Source of the DNA: Selaginella moellendorffii
Lineage: Eukaryota > Plantae > Lycopodiophyta
Direction: 5' to 3'
DNA: 64,000 nt
Assembly: GCF_000143415.4 (NCBI RefSeq)
Contig: NW_003314333.1
Span: 757,207 to 821,206 of the forward strand
The position numbers and the translations under genes are program-made. Position 1 is the stretch's first letter, and every line of letters starts with the position of its first letter. The notes below the pieces were generated by a model. That model did not search any database, was not told the DNA's origin, and saw only the letters and a program-made list of their open reading frames with translations. This document shows positions 11,601 to 23,354 of this stretch, piece after piece.

Positions 11601-14500
11601 CTAAAGATGAAAATGGTAATCCATGATATGATTACTTTATAAAATGATTTAATGTTCAATGAGGATATCAAACTTCATATATAGGTGGTGGAGTTGTGAG
11701 CAACAAATCCCTAAGCCCTAAAGTGGAGCTGAAAAGGTGCCGTGTGGCAGTGGTCAAAGCAAAAGTCTAACAAGCTTAACACATTTAGACCAAAAACCCT
11801 GACTCGGAAAGTCGAGAGTGGGAGTGAAACTCCTAAATAAGTTCTTGTGGAACAAATATGAAATGATTGGTGAATGAGTTTCTAGAAAAGGACACAAGAG
11901 GAACTGACACATGGCAAGTGTTATGACATATAAAAGTGTTGGGACTAACTCTGAGATGGAATCCAAAAAGGAGTCTGAGATGGAGTCTGAGATGAAATCC
12001 AAGAAAGAGTCCAAGAAGGAGTCCTAGATGGAATCCTAGATGGAATCTAAAAAGGAGTCTAAGAAGAAGTTTGAGATGGAGTCCAAGAAAGAGGCTAAAA
12101 AAGAGTCCAAAATGGAGTTTGAAATAGAATTTAAGAAAGAGTCCGAGAAGGAATTCAAGACAAAATCCAAAATAGAGTCCGAGAAGAAGTCCGAGATGGA
12201 GTTTGAGAAGGAGTCTAAAATGGAGTCCGAGATAGGGACCGAGATTGAGGCCAAGAACGAGACTAAGACCAAAATTGGGGCCGAGACTAGGACTGAGACC
12301 AGGACTAAGACCGAGACCAAGACCGAGACCAAGACTGAGTCCGAGTCTAAATCTGAGTCCGAGTCCGAGTCCAAACCTGAGTCCGAGTTTGAGTTCGAAT
12401 TTGAGTTTGAGTCCAAGTTCAAGTCTAAATCCAAGGGTGAAAGCTCAAAGCGATATCTCCTAGTCTCTAGGGGGTTTGGTGAGCTCCAAAAGGATAATAG
12501 AGGAAGGATTCTAATGGAACTAATTTAGACAGAAAAGGCAATGTGACTAAGGAAGCATATACCCATATAGTGGGTGATGGTATAAGAGGAGTCCAAAGCT
12601 AAAGTAAACACAGATGGATAAGTGGGGTAACTTAGTAAAGTGTTTAAGAGTTGGCTCTAGCTCTCTTGAGAGATCAAATAGTCGATGCTTCTAATCTAAG
12701 TGTGGGTGGCATTATTTATTTGGATATCTTATGTGGCTCATCAGAACCTCACTCTAGCCACATGGCTAGGGCACTTAAGGGCAGAAGGTGGGGAGAGTAC
12801 TCAAAAGGCTTGTATAGAGCCACAGTGTTTCAAAATGTTATTCTAAAGTCTCAGATTATAGAAAAGATGAGAAGCTATCCTTTTGCATAATGACCAAAGG
12901 TATTGTCATATGGTGAGGAAATCCCAAATGTTAGTGGGATTTAGTGGTCGAGCTTTTAGGCCCTAACCCAATAGTAGTGTTGGCAAGCATAGCCATGAAT
13001 GGAAAGGGACTTAGTGGGAACTAAAGAAAGGATATTGGGGAAAGGTGTTCCCTATGTCTCCAGGCATCTTAAGGATGCTAAGGCATAGTTTTATGATGAT
13101 CACTTATTAACAGATGGCCTAGTCTTAGAGAGATAGGACTATGGCATAAGTGGTTTTTGACTATCAATAAGACAAAGGTAAATGGACATGGTTTTAATAT
13201 AACAAACTGATATGTCAGTAGTACCTTTGGGGTGTATATCGTGGGATCAGACACGTGGAGCACTTACACCAAATGCAAAGGCCAAGTGGCATATGCTATT
13301 CATGGGGTTAGCATATCCCCAAGTCAAGAATAAAACTCTATGGTGAGACTCCTCCAAGTGGTAAAAAATGTGGTTAAATGATTAAAATAAAATAGAAAAG
13401 TTTTACATCATGATTTTAGGGGATCCTTTAGCCTATAACACTTTGGTTAAAAGTATCTTATAAGTCATCACACTAGTAAGAGCATCAACTTCCACCCAAC
13501 AAATTAAATAGTCAAAACCAATATGATATATTCATTACCAATAGTCAACTGTGGAAAATGCCTATTAGACTAAATACTATCAACTCAAACAAACCAAAAA
13601 CTACAATTGATTCCATAACATGAAGATGAGTATTATAAGCTTATCATTAGATAAACTATGCATATAGTGGGTTATATCTTGTCTCATCTCCAACTAATAA
13701 AAAAACCTATACAACTTCTTAAGCATATGATAATGTCCCATATACCCTCCTAAAATAGGAGAGTTATGGTAAGTGTAAAGGAAACATGGAATAAGATTAA
13801 AGGCACTATCAAATATAAATGGTTACAAAATAAAGAAGGTTATCTTTAAGGTAATATTAAAAATTTAAATGCATAAACAACAAATTATCAGTAAACAATA
13901 CAAGATCTTCAAAGTCATCATAAAGCATTCAAATCCATAGCTTAACCTTTTAAATCTCCTGAATATCATTCAAAGAAGACAAATTTAACTTCACACCTTA
14001 TAAACATTGATCATCAAACATAAAAATTGCCAACAACATAGAGTAAAAAATCCATTAATAGAAGAATAATAAGCTCCTCAGAAATAGAAAAAGAGAGAGG
14101 AGGGAGAGGAATTTGAGATAGAGCCACACTATTAGTTATTAAACTCTCAAGGCAATAAATAATCTCAAAGTCAAAGTTCTTTGGCTTACAAAATTCTTTG
14201 GCTTTAACAACAAAGTGATTACAATATAATCATCCTTCAGTAGTGTTTGAAAATTATATTAAAATGCATGGAGCTTCTTAAAACCCTAAACTATTATAAA
14301 CATTCTTTTTTTGTTGCAAACTAGTTCAACTTAACTGATTGTAAAGTATAGTTGATGTATGTAATGAAATAATACTAGTTAAAGACATGTCAAACTCTCC
14401 TAGCCACTAGATTAAGGATATATTAGAATATGCCTTTTCAATCCAATGGTTGGAAATTTATATGTATACCATATGTATGTATGTTTTTCACATGTGTATG
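8700..14500. mobile_element. Decayed AT-rich transposon-like block
   Basis: Abrupt drop in GC, visibly very few CpG, no spliceable gene, stop-riddled frames and an internal minisatellite. Termini and class could not be identified. Confidence 0.45.
11950..12435. repeat. Degenerate 6/12-bp minisatellite (GAGTCC/GAGACC/GAGTTT; AAGAAGGAGTCC)
   Basis: Directly visible tandem units that produce spurious ES/ET-rich and DS-rich ORFs. Confidence 0.85.
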
Positions 14501-14852
14501 GCCATACTGGCTAAGGGAGATTCTACTGAATAATTTTCTGCAGCCCTAGGCATTAAAATTTTCTTGAATCCTTTCTTACTCCAATCTGGGTCATCTCTCG
14601 GTCTTGCCATTCGCATTGATCTCAATAGATGAGCTCAACTGCTCTAGTAATAGAAATCAAGATTTAAGTGTCCACGGAGGAAGCACAAATGTAGTTCAAC
14701 CTAGATTCTTTAAAGGTGGGCCTAACGCAAACCTGGGTGGGCAGAAGGTTCGGCACTCTTTTCTTTGTAAAGACTGGCAAAGATTATAAGTCAACACCAA
14801 ACTTTCTCTTGTTATTTGAAAAGGTCGGTATGTGCGATTAGTTCTTGGCAGA

Positions 14853-16271
14853 ATGGCGTCTCCTCCTCACTTCGTTGTAATTCCACTGCCCGTCTATGGC
14901 CACATCTTCCCGATGCTCCATCTCTCCGTGCAGCTCGCCTCCATTGGAAACAAGATCACATTCATCGCCAGCAGTAGGACCAAGACCACCACGCTCTCCA
15001 CCTTCGAATCCAGTCTATCCCAGATCCAAGACCCTCAAACAGTACGTACCAATCTCATCTTTGAGTTTCTCTCCGGCGACGAACTTCTCCAGCAAGGTGG
15101 CGAGCAAGGCTTCCGGGCCAGTCTCGACTGGATGGTCAGCCAGATCACTGCCGTGGACGAAGCAATCGAATCCTGTGTTAGCCGTCACGGTCCAGTTTCC
15201 TGTGTGATCCTCGACTTCATGGTTTTCTTCCTCAAGAACGCAGCGGCAGACAAGAGAAATGCCACCGTTGCGGCCTTGTGGACTGCTTCCGCCCCATGGA
15301 TGCTCCTTTCTTTGCAGATCCAAGCTTTGATCGACGGGGGATATGTTCCACTCACGCCTTCCAATGCTCTGTCCGTCGTCTCCGGCCTCACTGGAGTTCC
15401 ACCCTTGTGCAACTACAAAGACGTTCCGGTGTGCCTGCTCAAGCCGGCGACAGACCAGCAGATTGAGGAGATAGCAGTGGTCTCGAAGATGTTTTTGGAG
15501 GTGCCATGGCTGCTGGTGAACACGATCCCGGAGCTGGACAGTCGATCGCTGCGCTACGTCCGTGAGCTCGGAGTTAAGTCAGTCGCAATTGGTCCTCTGC
15601 TGCCACTCCCGGTGAAGGACTCTTGTAGAGCTCCAGACGATGTTCCGGTTCTCTCCTGGCTAGACCAGAAGCCACCCCAGTCTGTCGTCTTTATCTGCTT
15701 TGGAACGCTGGCGGAGAACACGCTGGAGCAGCTCCAAGAACTTGCGAGTGCGCTGGAGGAGCTGACGAACCAGAGTTTCCTGTGGGTGCTGCGACCGTCG
15801 CAGCAGTCGTGCCTGAGCGAGGATTTCAAGCGACGAACAGCTGCCAGAGGTAAGATCGTTCCCTGGTGCTCGCAGCTCCAAGTTCTCAGCCACCCTTCCA
15901 TCGGTGGATTCGTGACGCACTGCGGCTGGAACTCCATCCTTGAGAGCCTGAGTTGTGGCGTCCCAATGCTCGGCTGGCCGTGCCTTGGAGAGCAGAGTCT
16001 CAACTCCAAATACTTAGCGGATGTGTGGAAAGCCGGCACCAGAATTGTTCCTTACAATCCCGATGGCAGCAACAGGGTAGTGAACCGGTCCGAGGTATCG
16101 AAAGAAATCGCCCTTTTGATGACAGGCGAGGAAGGACAAGAGTTGAGGAATCGTGCTCGCGAGATTCAGAAGGCGAGTACGCGAGCCATGCAGTCGTCAG
16201 TCGATGAACTTCGGCGCTGGGTTGCTCAACTGTTCCATCAGGGAGAAGCTTCAGTGGAAGAACAAGTCTAA
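14853..16271 (+). CDS. UDP-glycosyltransferase (GT1), intronless (UGT-A)
   Basis: PHFVVIPLPVYGHIFPM (catalytic His), VVFICFGT, PSPG box [44 protein letters not shown]. Confidence 0.95.
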   Translation: MASPPHFVVIPLPVYGHIFPMLHLSVQLASIGNKITFIASSRTKTTTLSTFESSLSQIQDPQTVRTNLIFEFLSGDELLQQGGEQGFRASLDWMVSQITAVDEAIESCVSRHGPVSCVILDFMVFFLKNAAADKRNATVAALWTASAPWMLLSLQIQALIDGGYVPLTPSNALSVVSGLTGVPPLCNYKDVPVCLLKPATDQQIEEIAVVSKMFLEVPWLLVNTIPELDSRSLRYVRELGVKSVAIGPLLPLPVKDSCRAPDDVPVLSWLDQKPPQSVVFICFGTLAENTLEQLQELASALEELTNQSFLWVLRPSQQSCLSEDFKRRTAARGKIVPWCSQLQVLSHPSIGGFVTHCGWNSILESLSCGVPMLGWPCLGEQSLNSKYLADVWKAGTRIVPYNPDGSNRVVNRSEVSKEIALLMTGEEGQELRNRAREIQKASTRAMQSSVDELRRWVAQLFHQGEASVEEQV

Positions 16272-16525
16272 GCTTCGTGGCGCAGCTCGAGAAAAAAACA
16301 ATGTTGACAATTGATTCCTAGCCAACTTTTTCGGTAAAAGCCTCCAAACACGTCAGACAACGCATTTCTCTCCTCGAATAAATGTGGTTAGCCAAAGCAC
16401 ACCTACCAAAAAAAGAAGACTGAGGCGATCTCTACCAGCAAAGCACCACAAAAGAATGAAAACGATACCGAAAGAAGGCCAGCTGGTAAGTCGTGAGCCC
16501 GATGGTCGTCCTCTCATCGCATTCC

Positions 16526-17843
16526 ATGGCTTCTCCACACTTGGTTGTGGTTCCACTGCCGCTCTATGGCCACATCCCCAATGCTTCGATTGTCAGTCCA
16601 GCTCGCATCACTGCGAAACAAAATTACCTTCATCGCCAGCGGAAGAACACAGACTGCCACGCTCTCGGCATTCGACTCGAGCCTCTCCCACATCGATGAC
16701 GCCGAAACGCCGCGTAGCGGGCTTAGCTTTGAGTTCATTCCGATGAAGACGGCGTCGAGCTCGAGCAAGGCGGTGAGGAAGGAATCTGGGCCGTTTTGCG
16801 ATGGATGAGCGCGCAGCACGGTACCGTAGATCAAATAGTCGAGTCGTCCGTTAGCCGCCACGGCCAGATCTCCTGCGTGATCCTCGACTTCCTGGCTCTC
16901 CGTGGCTGACAAGCACAAGGCTTCCGTGGATTTGTTTTGGACGCCATCTCCGCCTTGGCTACTTCTCTCTCTCCAAGTGAAAGCTTTCGTGGACGGGGGC
17001 TATGCCATTCTCATGCCTTCCAATGCTCTCTCTACTGTCTCGGGCCTCACCGGAGTTCCAGCTCTGTGTAACTACATGGACGTTCCAACGAGCATGCTGA
17101 TCAGCAACTTGAAAGGGCTGGCACAGTACCTGATCGAGGTACCATGGGTGATCATGAACACGATCCCGGAGCTGGACTCTCAGTCTCTTGCTTGCATCCG
17201 CCAACTCGGAGTGAAGCTGGTCACACTCGGTCCTTCGCTGCCGATAGCTCCGGATGATCTTCCAATCATCACCCCTCTCGGTTCTTTACATCTGCTTTGG
17301 AACGGTGGCAGAGCACTCGGTGGAGCAGCTCCAAGAACTCGCCAGCTCACTGGAAGAGCTCGTCAGCAACCACCAGAATTTTTCTTCTTGTGGGCTTTGC
17401 GTCGATCCCAGCAGCCGAGCTTGAGCGAGGAGTTCCAGCGAAGAACTTCTGCGAGAGGTCTGGTCGTTCCTTGGTGCTCGCAGCTCCAGATTCTAAGCGT
17501 CCCTCGGTTGGTGGATTCGTCACGCACTGCGGCCTAGAGAGCTTGAGCTGTGGAGTTCCACTGGTCGGCTGGCCATCTATCGCGGAGCAAAGCCTCAATG
17601 CAAATGGATGTGTGGACGGTCGGCGCCAGGATCGTCCCTCGCAATCCCGATGCCAGCACCAGGCTTGTCGCTCGATCCGAAATATCCGACGCCATCGCCA
17701 CGGTGATGATCGCCGAGGAAGGGCGGGAGATGAGGAGCCGCCCTCGCGAGATCCCGAAGGCTGCCGATCAAGCAATGCGATCTTCCCTAGCCGAGGCAAG
17801 ACGCTGGGTGGAGAATTTCTCACCGTTAGAAGATGCTACCTAG
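16526..17843 (+). pseudogene. Frameshifted UGT pseudogene, inverted copy of 25588-27003
   Basis: Near-identical DNA to UGT-B but split over several frames by small deletions; WNSI is lost from the PSPG box (THCG|LESLSCG). Confidence 0.9.
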
Positions 17844-17861
17844 GATTTAGGGTTCTTGGGA

Positions 17862-19691
17862 ATGAGAAGGGCGCCTATAGACGATATTCCCAGGACCGTG
17901 ACGGCGATCCTCAATCTCCTCCACAGCGGCCGGCCATGGAGCGCGATCGAGCCCGATCTCTCGCCATTCTCGGGCGCGTCCACCACGCCCAGGATCGTAG
18001 GTAGGGTCGTGAACAGCCTCAAGGACGCCAAGCTCGCCCTCGCCTTCTTCCGCTGGGCGCCAGCGAGCATTCCGGGGTTCTCCCACACCGCATTCTCCTG
18101 GAATTCGCTGCTCCAGGTGCTTGTGCGATGCAAGAAGCATCGCGAGGCGGGCGATCTCTTCCGCTCGGAGCTCCTCGCGAGCTGCGAGCCCGATGTGTGC
18201 TCCTACAACATCGTCATCTCTGGATTTTGCAATGCTGGCGATCTCCACGCGGCGCTTGAGCTCCTCGAGGAGATGAAGAGCGCCGGGTTCGCTCCAGATG
18301 CTTTCACGCACACGCCGATCATCACAGCCATGGCCAATGCCGGTGATTTGGATGGAGCCATGGATCACTTGAGGAGCATGGGATGCGATCCAAACGTGGT
18401 GACTTACACAGCGCTCATAGCAGCGTTTGCAAGAGCAAAGAAGCTCGAGGAGGCGATGAAGCTGCTCGAGGAGATGCGAGAGCGTGGCTGCCCTCCAAAC
18501 TTGGTGACATACAACGTCTTGGTGGACGCTCTCTGCAAGCTTTCCATGGTTGGAGCTGCCCAAGACGTGGTGAAGAAGATGATCGAGGGTGGCTTTGCTC
18601 CAAACGTGATGACCTTCAACTCTCTTGTGGATGGATTCTGCAAGAGAGGCAATGTTGACGATGCTCGCAAGCTCCTGGGGATCATGGTGGCCAAGGGAAT
18701 GAGGCCCAACGTCGTGACTTACAGCGCTCTCATCGATGGGCTTTGCAAGTCTCAAAAGTTTCTCGAGGCCAAGGAAGTCCTGGAGGAGATGAAGACCAGG
18801 GGTGTTACTCCCGACGCTTTCACTTACAGTGCCTTGATCCATGGACTGTGCAAGGCTGACAAGATCGAAGAAGCCGAGCAAATGCTCCGACGCATGGCTG
18901 GTTCCGGCTGCACTCCCGACGTGGTTGTCTACAGCAGCATCATCCACGCGTTTTGCAAGTCCGGGAAGTTACTCGAGGCACAGAAAACTCTCCAGGAGAT
19001 GCGAAAGCAGCGGAAATCTCCGGACGTGGTGACTTACAACACAGTGATTGACGGACTTTGCAAGCTAGGAAAGATCGCCGAGGCTCAAGTGATACTGGAA
19101 CAGATGCAAGAATCCGGGGACGTTCTACCGGACGTGGTGACTTACAGCACGGTCATCAACGGACTTTGCAAATCCGACATGCTTGTCGAGGCACAAAAGT
19201 TGCTGGACAGGATGTGTAAAGCTGGCTGCAACCCGGACGTTGTTACTTACACCACCATCATCGACGGGCTTTGCAAGTGTGGAAGATTGGAGGAGGCCGA
19301 GTATTTGCTCCAAGGGATGAAGAGAGCTGGCTGTGCTCCAAACGTTGTCACGTACACCACGCTCATCTCCGGCCTGTGCAAAGCTCGCAAAGTGGATGAA
19401 GCGGAACGAGTCATGGAGGAGATGAGAAACGCAGGCTGCCCTCCAAACCTGGTGACTTACAACACAATGGTGAATGGTTTGTGTGTGTCGGGACGGATCA
19501 AAGAAGCACAGCAGCTAGTCCAGAGGATGAAAGACGGTCGTGCGGAGTGCTCGCCCGACGCGGCCACTTACAGAACCATCGTCAATGCGCTCATGAGCTC
19601 CGACTTGGTCCAGGAAGCCGAGCAGCTGCTGGAGCAGATGAAGTCCACCACATCGAGCCAACAGGAACAAGGGTCTCTCACGCTTTTCTAA
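17862..19691 (+). CDS. P-class pentatricopeptide repeat protein (about 14 repeats)
   Basis: Tandem 35-aa repeats of the type [15 protein letters not shown]; N-terminal LALAFFRWA...[14 protein letters not shown]. Confidence 0.93.
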   Translation: MRRAPIDDIPRTVTAILNLLHSGRPWSAIEPDLSPFSGASTTPRIVGRVVNSLKDAKLALAFFRWAPASIPGFSHTAFSWNSLLQVLVRCKKHREAGDLFRSELLASCEPDVCSYNIVISGFCNAGDLHAALELLEEMKSAGFAPDAFTHTPIITAMANAGDLDGAMDHLRSMGCDPNVVTYTALIAAFARAKKLEEAMKLLEEMRERGCPPNLVTYNVLVDALCKLSMVGAAQDVVKKMIEGGFAPNVMTFNSLVDGFCKRGNVDDARKLLGIMVAKGMRPNVVTYSALIDGLCKSQKFLEAKEVLEEMKTRGVTPDAFTYSALIHGLCKADKIEEAEQMLRRMAGSGCTPDVVVYSSIIHAFCKSGKLLEAQKTLQEMRKQRKSPDVVTYNTVIDGLCKLGKIAEAQVILEQMQESGDVLPDVVTYSTVINGLCKSDMLVEAQKLLDRMCKAGCNPDVVTYTTIIDGLCKCGRLEEAEYLLQGMKRAGCAPNVVTYTTLISGLCKARKVDEAERVMEEMRNAGCPPNLVTYNTMVNGLCVSGRIKEAQQLVQRMKDGRAECSPDAATYRTIVNALMSSDLVQEAEQLLEQMKSTTSSQQEQGSLTLF

Positions 19692-20084
19692 CTGGTGTGT
19701 AAGTTCTTTCATTCATAGTCTTTCTTTTTTTTCTCATTTGGTGCTGTTGGCTTTAGCAGGTTGATGCTGATCTTTCCAAGTTCATTGTTTTTGTTGCGAA
19801 GTTTATCAACCTCAGGCTTGAATTGATTTCCTTGATTCAACACTTGCGACGGGGAGGGTGTTAGATGCTCAGGTGGGAAGTCTTATAGTATTTGCTGAGA
19901 TTTGTCTTTCTAAGATTGTTTCAGAGTATCAAAATCGGCTCTACTGAAAAGTTCCTATACGTCAACACTCACGAGGGTTACCAACAGATCATTCAAATCA
20001 AGATCTAAAGGTAAGAGCTTTCCTCGTTGTCCCATTTTCTTATAAACTACGCAGGTCCACCACGGGAGATTGGAACTAGAACAC

Positions 20085-20430
20085 TATCTTTACAAGCGTA
20101 CAAAGCTCTGGGATTCAATCCAAAGGATTAAATCCGTGCTGTGATCGTCGCTACTCCTCACATCAACATGATTCCGACGAGCTCCAAACAACGTTGTCCA
20201 ATGCGGCTCCACTCCAAAATCCCCGATCATGGACAAGAAACACGATGTCTCACCAGCTTCCCGGCCTGGCTCAGCGCGCTCAAAACCAGCACGAATATAG
20301 CCTCACCTATCTCGTCCAGCAGCTTCATCTCATCGAAGAGATTCATCACTGCAACCCATCGGCAAATCCAGCAAGAAGCGAGGTCCACGCCACGAGATTT
20401 CTCTCAGGCGTTCTATCGAAGATCTTCTTT
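20085..20430 (-). pseudogene. Fragment of the 3' end of the PLS-PPR gene (copy of about 23355-23825)
   Basis: KKIFDRTPERNLVAWTSLLAGFADG plus downstream DNA matches the end of the PPR at 23355, with deletions and stops. Confidence 0.8.
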
Positions 20431-21149
20431 GATTTTGCAGTAAAAAATTTAGGACCACAATAGTCGAGAAATATGCCTACAAGCTTGTCTTCTTTAGGAA
20501 CTTCGCGTTTTCGTTCTCCAGATCCTGTTAGATTACAAAGATTAGAAAACGAAGGCACGGAGGCTTTAGAAAACACAAATCAAAAGTACCAGATACTCGC
20601 GAACGTTTGGCAGCTTTTCTCCCGTCAATTTCAGGACCTCCAAATCCGATATGTTCTGGCCTTCTTCGTGAGTCAGCTGTTCTCCCTCGGCAGCTTTGCC
20701 TACAGTGTCCACAAGCCTGAATTCAAAGGTAGAAGTTATTTTTCCTTTTTCTTCCAGCGCTTGCCTGTGTCCATGCAAAGAATTCGGCCACCATTTCCAA
20801 TTCTCATCGATCGTCACGGGCTTAGATATCTCTGACCAAGAAAACTTACCTTCTCATAAGTAGTCCAAGAATCCGATGGATTATACTCCTCTCCAGAAGG
20901 ATTGATGTTGTGATCGATAATCGAAATTTTCTGGTATCAATCACGGTACTGGTAGGACTGCGACCGCATTAGAAATCTGTGCCGGGGATGCTGATCCCGC
21001 TTCGGATGGTCGGGGCGATCTTTCATCCCCGATGCCGTGTACTTCTGATTCATTACGACCATACACAGGCTGAGAGAGTCAAACACACACAGCTTGAACG
21101 CAGTAATAAGAAGTCGAGATTGCATAAAGTTCTTCCCCAACTATAGCCC

Positions 21150-23035
21150 TCCTATTTTTGTTGCATTTTAATCTAGAATTTTTCACTCATGCTTGAGTTT
21201 CTTTTGTGCTCTACGAGCTTGTATAGATTCGAGGGCCTAGAGAGCTCTTAATCTTTCTTCCTCAAAGTTTGATCTCAACTTTCACAAGGCTTTCTCATAG
21301 GGTTTTTCCTTGATTGATCCCCAAGTTATTGACCATGTGGAGCAATTGTACTCGTATATTACATCCTGGATTCTCTCATCCTAGTCTCTCTTATTTGATT
21401 TCATTATCTTCTTGAAAATTCCTTGCAAGGTTTAATTTGTTAATAGTATGGTTTGGATAAAATCCTGAAATAAAATGTTGATGGTGTTATTTAGAAAGAA
21501 TTTATGACAAGTTCACAAAGTAAACCTTATATTATGATAATTGTTTTATATAAGAATTTTGTTATGTTCTTTGTTGTATTAACTAAGCTTTTATATGCTT
21601 ATTTCTTTTGTTGGTTTTTGTGAGCAGGCTTACAAAGTCCAGTACAAATTGCTAAAAATGTTCCAACATCATTGTAATTCTTGTCTTTGTTTCTTTGGCA
21701 GAAATTTAAATCTTTAGTATGTGTCACATTCATGATAAAATTGGGCACAAATCTTTCCACAATGTGGGCCACTATAGGCCAGTTTATCTTTGGATTCATC
21801 ACACCTACTAGCATGTCGTCTTGTTTGAGTTTGTACCACAGCTAAATAGAATCTTTTATCCTTAAAACAAATTGCTTTATATGGTCTTTATTTGCATAGT
21901 GGCTCAGGAATTTGCAGTGCTCAGTAAATAATATATATCCCTGAGTCAATTCTTTTTGGTATTTGATTGAACATGAAATCAATTTGAATCAGGAAGCTCA
22001 TCCATGTTTTCACATGTGTTTTCTCTAATAGTGATCCTGCTTAATTGATTTGCTTGTTCATGTTGTTTACTAAACTTTTGAATGATCTCAAAGTTGAATT
22101 CTTGCAAGAGGAGGAACTATCATATAATTTTTCTGTTAGTTTGTTGAAGAGGTGGAATAAAGTTTTGTTATCCACCATGATCTTCACTTTGTTAGTTAGC
22201 AAATAGTGGTTCTTGGTAAAGAATCTCTTTATAACTTGTGAACAACCACAGTTCAATGGTGTTCCCAAGCCTTGTTGTTTCTATCTAAGTTTGTTTTAAA
22301 AATGTGAGTGTTTGTTGGGAGTTTGGAGAGCTTGGCCCAATTTTATGGGATGTCTAGTGAGTGGCTTGCAATCAATTGTTAAAACACAATGGTCTTGAGC
22401 ATAGAGAAGTTGTTGGAGGATATCTCTAATGAGCTGGAGTAGTCAGAGAGGAGTTTGAATGCAAGCTGTGGTGAGTTAACGAGCCAGTTATTGGAACACA
22501 GTGGCCCCGAGCATGGAGGAATTACTAGAGGACACCTTCAGTGTGTTGAAGAGACTAAGAATGATTAAAGAGTCTGTCACTATGGGTAGGGAAATTTTAG
22601 AGTTGTTCGTGAACAGTTGTGAATCTCAAGTATCCTAAAAGTCCTAAGAGAGTTCTCTAATAGGTTGGATTGGAGTGACTGGGAGCTCCTGGTGCAAGAA
22701 AGAGCCCATCACCTTCTTGGGCAAGTTGGATTGGAGAATCTTGGTATACATTAAGAACAACTATAGACCAGTGGTGTTCCTAGGCATGTTTGAGAACAAA
22801 GTAGTGCATGAGAGAGACAGAGACCACAACTGCAAAGTTAGGAGTAAAAAAGATTCACTGGAGAATTTGTGCATGGCATCTCCTTGGTGCTGCAAGTTGG
22901 TGGGCAGCACTTCTACTGCAAGTAGGCCATTAGAGGTGCCTTCGGTGAGCTGAAGGAACTCAGGAGCGACAAGAAGAAAAAAGAAGAGGAGAACAGCTAG
23001 GCGGATTAAAACCAACTTGGACTGTTTGCATCCAC
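21150..23035. mobile_element. AT-rich, CpG-poor decayed insertion (possible MULE/Ulp1-like remnant)
   Basis: Composition shift between two copies of a duplicated segment; weak protease-like motifs at 21599-21850 (-). Confidence 0.3.
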
Positions 23036-23354
23036 AACCAAGGCACAAAAGTTGCTGGACAGGATGTGTAATGCAGGGAGGCTGATCTTTAGTTATGGGA
23101 AGTCTTATCGTATTTGCCAAAAGCTTTGGTTTTCTAAGATTGTATCAGAGTATTCTATTGAGAAGCTCCTATGCGTCAACACTCACTAACTCAAAATCAC
23201 GGGGCTATAGTATCAGAGATTTAATGACGATGGGCATCTTTCTCTCAAGAGCTTCCCTCTCCCATCTATACCTTTCATTTTTCTTATAAACCACGCAGGA
23301 CCACCACGGAGGTGACGGTGGATCTCCAAACTCTATTGGAACTACGTACGCTTC

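Noticed and set aside
12036-12528. ES-rich and DS-rich ORFs as proteins
   Set aside because: By-products of a hexamer minisatellite inside decayed DNA.
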